This document shows positions 47,503 to 57,010 of a stretch of DNA of 64,000 nucleotides, one piece after another (within the stretch, counting starts at the first letter, position 1; every line of letters begins with the position of its first letter). The notes beneath the pieces are model-generated. The model made no database searches. It saw nothing but the letters and a program-made list of their open reading frames with translations, and had not been told where the DNA came from. Origin of the DNA: an uncultured Desulfarculus sp. GTDB lineage: Bacteria > Desulfobacterota > Desulfarculia > Desulfarculales > Desulfarculaceae. Where the stretch lies: contig CAXXUK010000001.1 of the NCBI GenBank assembly GCA_963665125.2, positions 896,001-960,000 of the forward strand, written 5' to 3'. Made by a program: the position numbers and the translations under genes.

Positions 47503-49419
47503 ATGAAGAGAAGAAGCCTTTCATTCAAGTTAATCACTGGCGGTTTATTCCTGGCTCTGTTGCCAATGGCTCTCGTGGGATTCGTGGCGGTTTGGAATTC
47601 CGGTAATGCCCTGGAAGAGATCGCTCAGGGCCAGGCCAAGTATTTGGCCAAGAATATTGCCAATATGGTCCAAGAGGTCATCAGTGGCGAAGCCAAGGCC
47701 GCCGAGGAAGTTGCCACCAACCCATTGGTGGCGAAGGTCGCCGAAGACAACGGCCAGGATGAGGCCGCATCGGCTGAGCTCAACAATTGGCTGTACGCTG
47801 CTTTCAAGGACTACCGCGACGACTATGAAAGCAACTTACTTCTCGATTCTTCGGGCAAGGTGGTCGCCGACAGCGTCAATGGCAAGAGTAAGGGCCTTGA
47901 TCTTGCCCAACGAGACTACTTCAAGACAGCAATGGGTGGTCAGGCCGTAATCAGTCCTCCGCTCAAGTCCAAGTCTACAGGCAAGCCTGTCATAGTTGCC
48001 GCCGCACCGGTTAGAAACGCCAGCGGAAAGACGGTGGGCGTCTATCTCAACGTGATTGTCACCACAAACCTTTCCAAGACGGTCACCGAGACCAAGATCG
48101 GCCAGACCGGTTACCCCTGGATGATTGACACCACCGGACTGGTTGTGGCCCACCCCAATAGTGAGCACATCCTCAACACCAACCTGCATAGTCTTCCGGA
48201 CATGGAGCGCATCACCTCCAGGATGATGAAGGGTGAGGAGGGTGTTGACACCTATATCTTCAAGGGTGATCACAAGGTTTGTGGTTTCGCCTTTGTGCCG
48301 GCTACCGGATGGTCGGTGGGCTTTACCCAGAACATCGATGAGTTCATGGCGCCGGTCAATAACATCCGTAACCTGACTCTGATCATCGCAGGCGCGGTGC
48401 TGCTGCTGACGGCCTTCGGTGTCTACCTCTTCGCCCGCAGCATAACCAAGCCGGTTATCGCGGCCGTGGACCAACTCAACAAGGGCTCCGATCAGGTTGC
48501 CGCGGCTTCCAGCCAGGTCGCCTCGGCGGGCCAGTCCCTGGCCGAAGGCACGTCCCAGCAGGCTGCCAGCCTCGAGGAAACCTCTGCCAGCCTGGAAGAG
48601 CTGACCTCCATGACCAAGCAGAACGCCGACAACGCCAGCCAGGCCGACAGCCTGATGGTCAACGTGCGCTCCATGGCCGAATCGGCAAACTCCACCATGA
48701 GCGAACTGCTTGGCTCCATGAACGAAATCAACGACGCGGGCCAGGAGATCAACAAGATCATCAAGAGCATTGATGAGATCGCCTTCCAGACCAACCTGCT
48801 GGCCCTCAATGCCGCCGTCGAGGCCGCAAGGGCCGGCGAGGCCGGTGCCGGATTCGCCGTGGTCGCCGACGAGGTTCGCAACTTGGCCATGAGGGCTGCT
48901 GAAGCCGCCCGCAGCACCTCTGATCTGATCACCGGGGTCAACGAAAAGATCTCCCACGGCACCAACCTGGCCACTCAAATGGACGAGGCCTTCAGCAACG
49001 TCACCGGCAACGCCAACAAGGTCGCCGAACTGGTTGCCGAAATTTCAGCGGCATCCAACGAACAGTCTCAGGGCATCACCCAGATCAACGACGCGGTCAG
49101 CGAGATGGACCGGGTCACCCAGACCACGGCGGCCAATGCCGAGGAATCCGCGGCGGCAGCCGAGGAACTCAACTCACAGGCCGCCTCCATGCATGATATC
49201 GCCATGACTCTGACCATGGTCATCACCGGCGGTACGACCATTGAGACTTCGAGCGCTCAATTGCCGCAGGCGCCCAGGCAGCAGCAAAGAGCGCTCCCCG
49301 GGCCGAAGCCCGCGAACCGCGCTCCCAAGGTCGGCAACGGCGTAGTGGCCAAGAAGGCGGCGGCAAAGAGCCCGAGCCACGCCATACCCCTGGACGACGA
49401 CGACTTCCAGGACTTCTAG
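47503..49419 (+). CDS. Methyl-accepting chemotaxis protein with dCache-type sensor and C-terminal pentapeptide
   Basis: Two TM helices, RDYF Cache motif, [37 protein letters not shown], terminal DFQDF. Confidence 0.95.
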   Translation: MKRRSLSFKLITGGLFLALLPMALVGFVAVWNSGNALEEIAQGQAKYLAKNIANMVQEVISGEAKAAEEVATNPLVAKVAEDNGQDEAASAELNNWLYAAFKDYRDDYESNLLLDSSGKVVADSVNGKSKGLDLAQRDYFKTAMGGQAVISPPLKSKSTGKPVIVAAAPVRNASGKTVGVYLNVIVTTNLSKTVTETKIGQTGYPWMIDTTGLVVAHPNSEHILNTNLHSLPDMERITSRMMKGEEGVDTYIFKGDHKVCGFAFVPATGWSVGFTQNIDEFMAPVNNIRNLTLIIAGAVLLLTAFGVYLFARSITKPVIAAVDQLNKGSDQVAAASSQVASAGQSLAEGTSQQAASLEETSASLEELTSMTKQNADNASQADSLMVNVRSMAESANSTMSELLGSMNEINDAGQEINKIIKSIDEIAFQTNLLALNAAVEAARAGEAGAGFAVVADEVRNLAMRAAEAARSTSDLITGVNEKISHGTNLATQMDEAFSNVTGNANKVAELVAEISAASNEQSQGITQINDAVSEMDRVTQTTAANAEESAAAAEELNSQAASMHDIAMTLTMVITGGTTIETSSAQLPQAPRQQQRALPGPKPANRAPKVGNGVVAKKAAAKSPSHAIPLDDDDFQDF

Positions 49420-49440
49420 GAAAACGGCGCCCCGGCGCAA

Positions 49441-49472
49441 AAAAAGCCCGCCCCGAAAGGGGCGGGCTTTTT
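49441..49472. terminator. Bidirectional intrinsic terminator
   Basis: AAAAAGCCCGCCCC-GAAA-GGGGCGGGCTTTTT. Confidence 0.9.
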
Positions 49473-49488
49473 ATCGTATCGGATAGTA

Positions 49489-51279
49489 CTAAACGATAGC
49501 GTCGAACTTACAGGTGTCGATACAGGTCTTGCACTTGATACACTTGTCAAGGTCGATGACCGCAGGCTGCTTCTTTTCCCAGGTGATGGCGCCCACGGGG
49601 CAGGCCTTGGAACATAGGCCGCATTTTTTACAAAGATCCTCGTCAACCCGGAATTCTATGAGGTTGACGCAGGTGCGAGCCGGGCATTTCTTGTCAAAGA
49701 TATGGGCCTCGTACTCGTCGCGGAAATAGCGTAGGGTGCTCAGTACCGGGTTGGGACCGGTCTGGCCCAGACCGCAGAGGGCCGATTCCTTGATCATGCC
49801 GGCAAGCTCTTCCAACAGTTCGATATCGCCGGCCTTGCCTTCGCCGTCGCAGATGCGCTCCAGAACCTGAAGCATGCGGCGGGTGCCTTCGCGGCAGGGG
49901 GTGCATTTTCCGCAGGACTCATCCTGGACAAACTCCATGAAGAAGCGGGCCATGTCCACCATGCAGGTGGAGTCGTCCATGACGATCATGCCGCCCGAGC
50001 CCATGATGGCGCCGGCCTTGATGATTTCTTCGTAGTCACAAGGCAGGTCGAGATATTGTTCGGGCACGCAGCCGCCTGAAGGACCGCCCAACTGCACCGC
50101 TTTGAACTTGCGGTGTTTCTTGGGCATGCCGCCGCCGATGTCATAGATGATCGTGCGCAGGGACGTGCCCATGGGGACTTCGACCAGGCCGATGTTGTTG
50201 ACATGGCCGGTGAGAGCGAAGACCTTGGTGCCCTTGGAGCCCTCGGTACCGATGCTGGCGTACCAGTCGCCGCCTTTGAGGATGATGGGCGCCACGTTGG
50301 CCCAGGTCTCGACGTTGTTGAGGACCGTTGGTTTGTCATAGAGGCCCTTGACGGCCGGGAAGGGTGGCCTGGGCCGCGGCATGCCGCGCTTGCCCTCAAT
50401 GGAACGCATCAGGGCCGTTTCCTCGCCGCAGACAAACGCGCCGGCGCCCTGGTATACGTGCAGGTCGAAGTCGAAGCCGGTGTCGAGAATGTTTTTACCC
50501 AGCAGACCGTATTCCTTGGCCTGGACAATGGCGTGTTCCAAACGCTGGACGGCCAGGGGATACTCGGCGCGGCAGTAGATGTATCCTTCGTTGGCGCCGA
50601 TGGCCTTGGCCGCGATTGTCATGCCTTCCAGGACCGAATGCGGGTCGGCCTCGAGGATGGAGCGGTCCATGAACGCGCCGGGGTCGCCCTCGTCGGCGTT
50701 ACAGAGGACATATTTATGCTCGCCCGGCGTGCCCTGGCAGAACTGCCACTTCAGACCCGTGGGGAAGCCGCCGCCGCCACGGCCGCGCAGGCCGGACTTC
50801 TTGACTTCCTCGACGATGTCCTGGGGAGACATCTCGGTGAGGGCCTTGGCCAAGGCCCGGTAGCCGTCGCGGGCGATATATTCGTCGATGTTTTCGGCGT
50901 CCAGCAGGCCGCGGTTGCGCAGGGCGATGAGCTGCTGATGGGCGAAGAACGGGATGTCGAGCATGTCCGGAATGACTTCCTTGGAAGCCGGCTCCTTGTA
51001 CATGAGCCTTTCCACCGGACGGCCCTTGAGCAGGTGCTCCTCGACCAGTTCGGGGATGTCTTTTTCCTCCAGGGACACATAGAATATGCCTTCCGGATAG
51101 ACGACCATCACCGGACCCATGGCGCAGAAACCGTTGCAGCCGGTCTCGACCACGGCCACTTCCTCGGCCAGGCCTTGATTTTTGATTTCAGCCTCTAGGG
51201 CCTTTCGGACCTGCAGACTACCTGCGGCATGACAGCCGGTGCCGCCACAAATGAGTAGGTGTTGCCTGAATCTTTTCAT
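49489..51279 (-). CDS. NuoF/HydB/HndC-like NADH-binding flavoprotein (N-terminal [2Fe-2S], C-terminal 2x[4Fe-4S])
   Basis: SGLRGRGGGGFPTG, CNADEGDPGAFMDR, GAGAFVCGEETAL, GGPSGGC, ESCGKCTPCREG, two CxxCxxCxxxC. Confidence 0.93.
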   Translation of the reverse strand: MKRFRQHLLICGGTGCHAAGSLQVRKALEAEIKNQGLAEEVAVVETGCNGFCAMGPVMVVYPEGIFYVSLEEKDIPELVEEHLLKGRPVERLMYKEPASKEVIPDMLDIPFFAHQQLIALRNRGLLDAENIDEYIARDGYRALAKALTEMSPQDIVEEVKKSGLRGRGGGGFPTGLKWQFCQGTPGEHKYVLCNADEGDPGAFMDRSILEADPHSVLEGMTIAAKAIGANEGYIYCRAEYPLAVQRLEHAIVQAKEYGLLGKNILDTGFDFDLHVYQGAGAFVCGEETALMRSIEGKRGMPRPRPPFPAVKGLYDKPTVLNNVETWANVAPIILKGGDWYASIGTEGSKGTKVFALTGHVNNIGLVEVPMGTSLRTIIYDIGGGMPKKHRKFKAVQLGGPSGGCVPEQYLDLPCDYEEIIKAGAIMGSGGMIVMDDSTCMVDMARFFMEFVQDESCGKCTPCREGTRRMLQVLERICDGEGKAGDIELLEELAGMIKESALCGLGQTGPNPVLSTLRYFRDEYEAHIFDKKCPARTCVNLIEFRVDEDLCKKCGLCSKACPVGAITWEKKQPAVIDLDKCIKCKTCIDTCKFDAIV

Positions 51280-51292
51280 CGTTAAGATGCCT

Positions 51293-51670
51293 TTATTGCT
51301 CACTGCCCTTGGCTAGTGCCCATTGGGACTGCACCGAGCCTTCCAGGGCGTGTTGGTTGAATATCTGGCGCATTTTCGGATCGTCGACAAATACGTATTT
51401 TATCGGTTCTTCGCCAATACGCTCCACGGTTACGATGGGCTCCTGGCTGCAAAGCCCCACGCAGCCGCTGGTGGTGACGATGATGTCTTTACGGCCGGAT
51501 TTGTCGAGTTCTTCCATCAGTGCTTTGAGGACATTACGTGCGCCGCTGGCGATTCCACACGTACCCATGTGAACGGTAACCTTGATTTGGGCTCCGCCCT
51601 CACGCAGGTTGGTTTGCTCGGTGACTCGCTCTTTGATTTTCGCGAGGTCGCTAATCTTTATTTTTGCCAT
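51293..51670 (-). CDS. Thioredoxin-like [2Fe-2S] ferredoxin subunit (HndB/HydD-like)
   Basis: VHMGTCGIASGA, SGCVGLCSQEP. Confidence 0.88.
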   Translation of the reverse strand: MAKIKISDLAKIKERVTEQTNLREGGAQIKVTVHMGTCGIASGARNVLKALMEELDKSGRKDIIVTTSGCVGLCSQEPIVTVERIGEEPIKYVFVDDPKMRQIFNQHALEGSVQSQWALAKGSEQ

Positions 51671-51784
51671 GGTATTTCTCTCCCCTATACCTTGTAGGGT
51701 GATGACTAGATGGGGAATATATCAATATAAACGCCGCTAGTCCACGAATTTTGATATGTTGCCGCCCGGCGGCTCATATGTTGT

Positions 51785-52333
51785 CTAGGCCGTAGAGCCC
51801 AGCGCCTCCAGAGCCTGGCGCACCTGCGTTTCCAATAACCCAATCACTTGCGGGTTTTGCATGGCTCCGGCGCCCAATTCCTGCTCCAACTCAATTGTGT
51901 CCAACTCAAACTCATTTTCACCGACTTGGTGCCGGTATTTGAAACCCACGCCAGGCCTGCTCATGACAAGGCCCATCAGCGTTCCCGGCCAATCGCCCAT
52001 CGGTTGGCGGTCTATGTGGCTGAGCCTGAACCATGTTTTCAGCTTCGTGCCGACTCCCGGCTCGCTGCTTAATTCCAGACCCCCGTCCCAGGCCTCGGCA
52101 TTGGCCTTCATCAGGCTAAGGCCCAGGCCGATGCGTCTGGTGGTGCGGGTCGTGTAAAAGGGATCAACGGCCTTGGCCAGCGTCTCGGCGTCCATGCCGC
52201 TGCCGTTATCCTTTATCGTCACTTCCATGCGGTCTCCGGCCGGGTCTTCGATGATGTCGATTTCCACCAGGTCGGCCCCCGCCTTGAGCGAGTTTTCGAT
52301 TAGATCCATGAAGTGCAGGGACAACTCTTCCAT
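51785..52333 (-). CDS. HATPase_c (GHKL) kinase-like protein
   Basis: ELSLHFMDLIENS, DNGSGM, DPFYTTRTTRRIGLGL, HIDRQPMG. Confidence 0.88.
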   Translation of the reverse strand: MEELSLHFMDLIENSLKAGADLVEIDIIEDPAGDRMEVTIKDNGSGMDAETLAKAVDPFYTTRTTRRIGLGLSLMKANAEAWDGGLELSSEPGVGTKLKTWFRLSHIDRQPMGDWPGTLMGLVMSRPGVGFKYRHQVGENEFELDTIELEQELGAGAMQNPQVIGLLETQVRQALEALGSTA

Positions 52334-53103
52334 TATAGCTCCGCCACCGGACGGCGGCACCAGCCGCGGATGGCCCTGCCTTGGACCCCGGCCAGGGCCA
52401 GGGCCAGTTCAGACAGACAAGGCGAGTCCATGATCAGTTCGGTCCACACCACGCCGACATCCTCCAGATGGTGGGCGTCGCTGCTGGTGATCACCGGAAG
52501 TTCGGCCCCAAACAGCCATTGGCCGCTGTCCGCCGGATCATGCAATCTGCTGATTTCCACCGCGTCGAGCTTCAGTTCCGGCGGGATCAGGCCCAGGTTG
52601 CTGATCAGGCTGAAGGCCGGCCGGTCGATATGGGCCGCGATAATGAGTCCGCCAAGGGAGTGAACCCTTTGGGCGATGTCGGTCACGGTCAGGTCCGTGG
52701 CGCCGATAAGCAGACGTTCGTTAAAGTATTCAACCTCGTCGTCGGCATTGGCGACTATCTGCATGCCGAACAGGTCCGGGTTGTTCTCGCCCGGCTGGAG
52801 GTGGTCGAAAACCATGGCCTGCATGGTCAGAGCGTTTTCCAGGTCATCGAAAAGGGCCACCATGTGCGCCTCTTCGGCGGATGTTATCTCCATGCCCGCC
52901 AAGACATGGGGAGCGCCAGGTCCGAGCCTTTCAGCGGCTTGCCGGGCGGCACGGACGTTTTCGGCGCTGTTGTGGTCACAGATGGCGACTATATCCAGGC
53001 CGGTCTCTGCGGCGCGGCTCACCACGGCCGAGGGGGTTACGTCAAATCCGCCGCAGGGGCTCAGACATGTGTGCAAGTGCAGATCGGCGCGGATTGTGCG
53101 CAA
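52333..53103 (-). CDS. PHP-domain phosphoesterase
   Basis: DLHLHTCLSPC, CDHN, AAHIDR, SSDAH. Confidence 0.9.
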   Translation of the reverse strand: MRTIRADLHLHTCLSPCGGFDVTPSAVVSRAAETGLDIVAICDHNSAENVRAARQAAERLGPGAPHVLAGMEITSAEEAHMVALFDDLENALTMQAMVFDHLQPGENNPDLFGMQIVANADDEVEYFNERLLIGATDLTVTDIAQRVHSLGGLIIAAHIDRPAFSLISNLGLIPPELKLDAVEISRLHDPADSGQWLFGAELPVITSSDAHHLEDVGVVWTELIMDSPCLSELALALAGVQGRAIRGWCRRPVAEL

Positions 53104-53106
53104 GGC

Positions 53107-54753
53107 CTATTCCCTTCCGGCCAATCCCAGTTCGCTTAGCCGGCAGACCAGGGTGTAGGCGTCCTGGCTGGCCGCCAATACTGGCAGACCCTCTTCCTGG
53201 GCCTTTTGCAGGGTGTCTTCGCCGGGCGTGCGGCCGCCGACGATGCAAACTGCCGCCAGATCCTTGAGCACGGCAACGGCTGCCACGTTTTGGTGGGTCT
53301 GCACGGTCAGCCACAAGGCGTCGGCAGGGGCCTTGGCCATGACGTCGCTGAGCAAGTCGGAAACATAGCCCACTGAGACCGTTTTGTTCAGACCTTCTTT
53401 GCCTGCCAAAACTTCAAGGTTTAGGGCCTCGGCAATGTCCTTGACGGTCACGGTATCCTCCTTGGATTTGGTGCTGCTTCCGGCAGCCGCTTTGGGCTTT
53501 ATGTAAGGGCAGTCGTTTTCCACGGCTTGGCCCTGTACCACATCTTCGGCAAAGGTGTCGCAATCCGGCGAACCGCAAACACCGCATTCGAGCATCAACA
53601 GGCGGGATTTGATTTCCTGGATCTGATGCAGTTTTTGCAGCGCCTGCCGCGGGTCGGGCGCCAAGGGCGGCAGCGGGTGGGGTTCCAGGGATGTCTCCCA
53701 GTTGAAGTCGCCGGCTTTGTACAGGGCGGCCACCTTGTCGTGGTCCACCCTGGACACGTTGCCGTATCGGCGAACAAGTTCATCCCTGATGCTGGCAGCG
53801 CGGTAGCGGTTTTCAACCACCAGAGGCCCTCCGATGCAGCCCCCGGCGCAGATATGGGCTTCCATGAACCTAAGCTCGGGGAAACGTCCGGCCTCGAGCA
53901 TCTCCAACATATTGACCACTTCGCTGAACCCGGTTACGGCCAGGGTGTGCTCGGCCTGCACCGAAGCTGCCTGGCCACCGGAACCGGCCCAAGCCAGACC
54001 GACACCGGAACAACGCTGGATGGTTTCGTTTTCTTCCAAATCGCTGAGAGCCTGCAGGATGTAGCCGAATATTTCCGAAGCACAGATGATGCCGTCGACA
54101 TAGGGCGACTTCACGGAAAAGGGGTCTTCAATCGTGGGGCGGATGGCCACGCAGGGGCTGATGATGAATACGCCCACGTCGTCGATGTTCCACCCGCGTT
54201 CAAGTGCGGTATGGGTCTTGATGTATTTGGCGGACAACGTCTGGTTGGACAACAGCGGCATGATGTTGGGCACCAGGCTGGGAAAACGCATGGCCACCAG
54301 CCTGACCACGGCGGGGCAGCTGGGGCTTATGCCCGGCCGTATCGAGGGATTGTCGGCCAGATAATCGGTCATGGCCACAGCCAGCATTTCGGCCACCCAG
54401 CAGGTGTCCACAACGTGTTCGAACCCGAGCTTGCGCAGGGCCAGCATAACTTTGTTCGGCGTTACATCATAGCCGAACTGCATGAAAAGGGCCGGATTTG
54501 GTATTGCCACTGGGTGGGCGAACTGTTTGATGCGTTCCAGCGGAGTGCTCAGCGGTTCGATGGCGCCGTGATTGCAGGCCTTATAGCATGCCCCACAGGC
54601 CACGCAGCGGTCATAAAGGATCTGGGCCTTGCCGTTCTTGACCCTGATGGCCTTGTTGGGGCAGGCCTTCATGCATACAACACAGCCCGTGCACATGTCT
54701 TCGATAATGCGCAGAGCGTGAATCTGCCGATTTTTTTTGCCGGTGCTGTTCAA
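53107..54753 (-). CDS. [FeFe]-hydrogenase-like Fe-S protein (2x[4Fe-4S], degenerate H-domain, small FeS domain) fused to a DRTGG domain
   Basis: CTGCVVCMKACP, CVACGACYKAC, SPSCP, SPCVAI, EAHICAGGCIGG, CGVCGSPDC; C-terminal GYVSDLLSDVMA (DRTGG-like). Confidence 0.82.
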   Translation of the reverse strand: MNSTGKKNRQIHALRIIEDMCTGCVVCMKACPNKAIRVKNGKAQILYDRCVACGACYKACNHGAIEPLSTPLERIKQFAHPVAIPNPALFMQFGYDVTPNKVMLALRKLGFEHVVDTCWVAEMLAVAMTDYLADNPSIRPGISPSCPAVVRLVAMRFPSLVPNIMPLLSNQTLSAKYIKTHTALERGWNIDDVGVFIISPCVAIRPTIEDPFSVKSPYVDGIICASEIFGYILQALSDLEENETIQRCSGVGLAWAGSGGQAASVQAEHTLAVTGFSEVVNMLEMLEAGRFPELRFMEAHICAGGCIGGPLVVENRYRAASIRDELVRRYGNVSRVDHDKVAALYKAGDFNWETSLEPHPLPPLAPDPRQALQKLHQIQEIKSRLLMLECGVCGSPDCDTFAEDVVQGQAVENDCPYIKPKAAAGSSTKSKEDTVTVKDIAEALNLEVLAGKEGLNKTVSVGYVSDLLSDVMAKAPADALWLTVQTHQNVAAVAVLKDLAAVCIVGGRTPGEDTLQKAQEEGLPVLAASQDAYTLVCRLSELGLAGRE

Positions 54754-54792
54754 TTCAAGCGCCTGTGGTCTGGTCTTCTGCCGAGTAACCGC

Positions 54793-55245
54793 TTAAATAA
54801 TATCCAATTCGAACTCTACAGTCGTACCGTGGCTTACTTCCGTCTGTATGTTGAGCCGGTCACAATTGCGTTTTATATTGGGCAGGCCCATGCCGGCCCC
54901 AAAGCCCATCTCCCTCATTTCGGGGGTGGCGGTGGACCAACCTTCGGTCATGGCAAGGTCAAGATCGGGGATTCCCGGCCCTTGGTCTTGGATCTCCATC
55001 CGCAGGGTGTGCGGCGACATCAAAAGGCGAATTTCACCGCCGCCGCCGTACATGACCAGATTCATTTCCGCTTCAAAGGTGGCGATGGCCGCCCGGCGTA
55101 AAAGTTGGTGATCCAGGCCGACATCCTTGAGCATTTTTTTCACGGCAATCGACACTGATCCGGCGGAAGCGAAATCGCCTTCTTTTACCGGGAAGGCTTG
55201 GACCAGCTGGGGCTTCTCCTGGCTGTCTGTGGCAGTTTCGTTCAT
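54793..55245 (-). CDS. RsbT/anti-sigma-like Ser/Thr kinase (HATPase_c)
   Basis: DFASAG, FEAEMN, DQGPGIPD..LAMTEGWSTA, GFGAGMGLPNIK. Confidence 0.88.
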   Translation of the reverse strand: MNETATDSQEKPQLVQAFPVKEGDFASAGSVSIAVKKMLKDVGLDHQLLRRAAIATFEAEMNLVMYGGGGEIRLLMSPHTLRMEIQDQGPGIPDLDLAMTEGWSTATPEMREMGFGAGMGLPNIKRNCDRLNIQTEVSHGTTVEFELDII

Positions 55246-55255
55246 AACACACCTA

Positions 55256-55612
55256 TTAGCCGGAAAAGCCTTTGAGCCCTAGTTGGTAAAGAAGGCCGCA
55301 AGAATCGAACATGGGTAGATCCGTGCTGAGCAGAGGCAGTTCAAACTGCTTGGCCAATTCGATTACCTTCTCATCCGGCTGCTTGCCCCGTACGAATATG
55401 ACGCCGCATATGCCGGAAATCTCGCTGGTTCTCACCACCTGTACGTTCGTAAGGCCAGTGAGCAGCAAGGTGCCTTCAGGCGAAAACGCCAGGACGTCGC
55501 TCATCAAGTCGGAACCGAAAGCCTGTTTGATAGGCGTGTCCAGTTTCTCCTGACAACAGAGCACCCTGGCGTTCAATATCGGGATTATCTCCCTGATGGT
55601 CGGTGAAACCAT
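55256..55612 (-). CDS. DRTGG-domain protein
   Basis: AFGSDLMSDVLAF, LLTGLTNVQVVRT, FVRGKQP, MFDSCGLLY. Confidence 0.87.
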   Translation of the reverse strand: MVSPTIREIIPILNARVLCCQEKLDTPIKQAFGSDLMSDVLAFSPEGTLLLTGLTNVQVVRTSEISGICGVIFVRGKQPDEKVIELAKQFELPLLSTDLPMFDSCGLLYQLGLKGFSG

Positions 55613-55619
55613 TTTTTGC

Positions 55620-56123
55620 CTACTCGTAACGAGCCACCAGGTCCAGAACGGAGTCGGCCATGACCTTGCGGTGGGTGTCCTCATTGACCACCACGACCGG
55701 GGCCACGCCGCAGGCGCCCAGACAGCGCACGCCTTCCAGGGTGTAACGCCGGTCCAGGGTGGTGCCGTCTTCATCCAACACCATGTTGTTCTTCAGGCGG
55801 TCCATGGCCTCCTTGCCGCCGCGCACGTAGCAGGCGGTGCCCAGGCAGACGCGGACAACGTTACGGCCCCTGGGTTTCATGGTGAAGAAAGAGTAGAAGG
55901 TCGTCACACCGAAAACGTCATGCCCCGGTACGCCCAGACCATCGGCCACGCGCAGCTGAACCGCCTCGGGCAGATAGCCGCACACGTTTTGGCACTGCTG
56001 GAGCACGGGAATCAGTGAACCGGGCTTGCCGCGGTACGCGGCGCAAATTTCATCAACTTTTTCAAGCATTTCAGGCGTAATATCATCGGGCATGGTCGCT
56101 GTGTTTTTGGCTGCCAGGCTCAT
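55620..56123 (-). CDS. NuoE/HydC/HndA-like [2Fe-2S] subunit
   Basis: LIPVLQ, GYLP, TFYSFF, CLGTACYVRG, CLGACGVAP. Confidence 0.93.
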   Translation of the reverse strand: MSLAAKNTATMPDDITPEMLEKVDEICAAYRGKPGSLIPVLQQCQNVCGYLPEAVQLRVADGLGVPGHDVFGVTTFYSFFTMKPRGRNVVRVCLGTACYVRGGKEAMDRLKNNMVLDEDGTTLDRRYTLEGVRCLGACGVAPVVVVNEDTHRKVMADSVLDLVARYE

Positions 56124-56262
56124 ATCAGGCTCCTTTATGGCAATAGCGGCTCCGCGATTGTTGAGCGGGCCGGTATTTATGCTGCTGTACCGCGATAATT
56201 GTTGATTAGGCGGTTGATTGTAGAGAATTTATTTAGCACAAGCCAACACGGCCCGCAAGCAA

Positions 56263-56994
56263 TCATAAGACGGCAAAGGCCAACAGGGCCGCAATTTCAC
56301 AAATCTCGATGGACGCGCCCAGGGTGTCGCCTGTGAAACCGCCTATGCGGCGGTGAAACCATACGCCCAGGCCAAGACCCGCAAGGGCCACCAATAATGC
56401 CGCCACGGCGCCTTTCAGTCCGCCGAAGACAATGGCTATCATTAGGGCGGATGCCCCACATACAAACTCAAGGGCCAGACCGCGGCCGCCGGACACGGCC
56501 TTGCCCAGGCCATAGTCCCGGGCCGGCGGCAACAGGCCCGAGATGAACACCGGCACGGCCCGGGCCAGAGCCGGGGCGCAGATCAGTGCGGCCAACAGGG
56601 CTGGTCCCCGCAGGCTGGCCAGCAGGGCGAACTTCAGCAGCAGGTCGCAACACACCGCGGCAAGGCCGTAAGAGCCTGTCATGGTGTCTTTCATTATTTC
56701 CAGGGCGCGTTGACGCTCCGAGGTGGTGCCAAAGGCGTCGGCTGTGTCGGCCAGGCCGTCCAGATGCAAAAAACGCGAAGCCAGGCCCCACAAGACCACC
56801 AGCAAGGCGGCCAGTACAAGGCCGGGCAGGATGAACCCCAGCAGCCAGGCCGCGAGGGCCAGGAACAGGCCCAGCAGGCCGCCCACCACCGCGTACCAGG
56901 CCCTGCTGCGCAGAAAGTCCTGTTCGTCGGCCACCAGGTTTTTCTGGGGCATGGCCACGGTCAGGAACTGCAAGGCCAGCAAAAAGGCTTTCAT
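56263..56994 (-). CDS. cobS: Adenosylcobinamide-GDP ribazoletransferase (cobalamin synthase)
   Basis: ALQFLT, LHLDGLADTADAF, IMKD, GGFTGDTLGA. Confidence 0.93.
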   Translation of the reverse strand: MKAFLLALQFLTVAMPQKNLVADEQDFLRSRAWYAVVGGLLGLFLALAAWLLGFILPGLVLAALLVVLWGLASRFLHLDGLADTADAFGTTSERQRALEIMKDTMTGSYGLAAVCCDLLLKFALLASLRGPALLAALICAPALARAVPVFISGLLPPARDYGLGKAVSGGRGLALEFVCGASALMIAIVFGGLKGAVAALLVALAGLGLGVWFHRRIGGFTGDTLGASIEICEIAALLAFAVL

Positions 56995-57010
56995 CCTAAA
57001 ACCCCATACC

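Noticed and set aside
53107..54753. Catalytic [FeFe] hydrogenase (hydA)
   Set aside because: Key P1/P2/P3 residues are substituted and no maturases are in the window.
56200..56245. Rex operator before the nuoE-like gene (and at about 51740)
   Set aside because: Only half-site resemblance (TTGTGC, TCGTGG), with no matching palindromic half.
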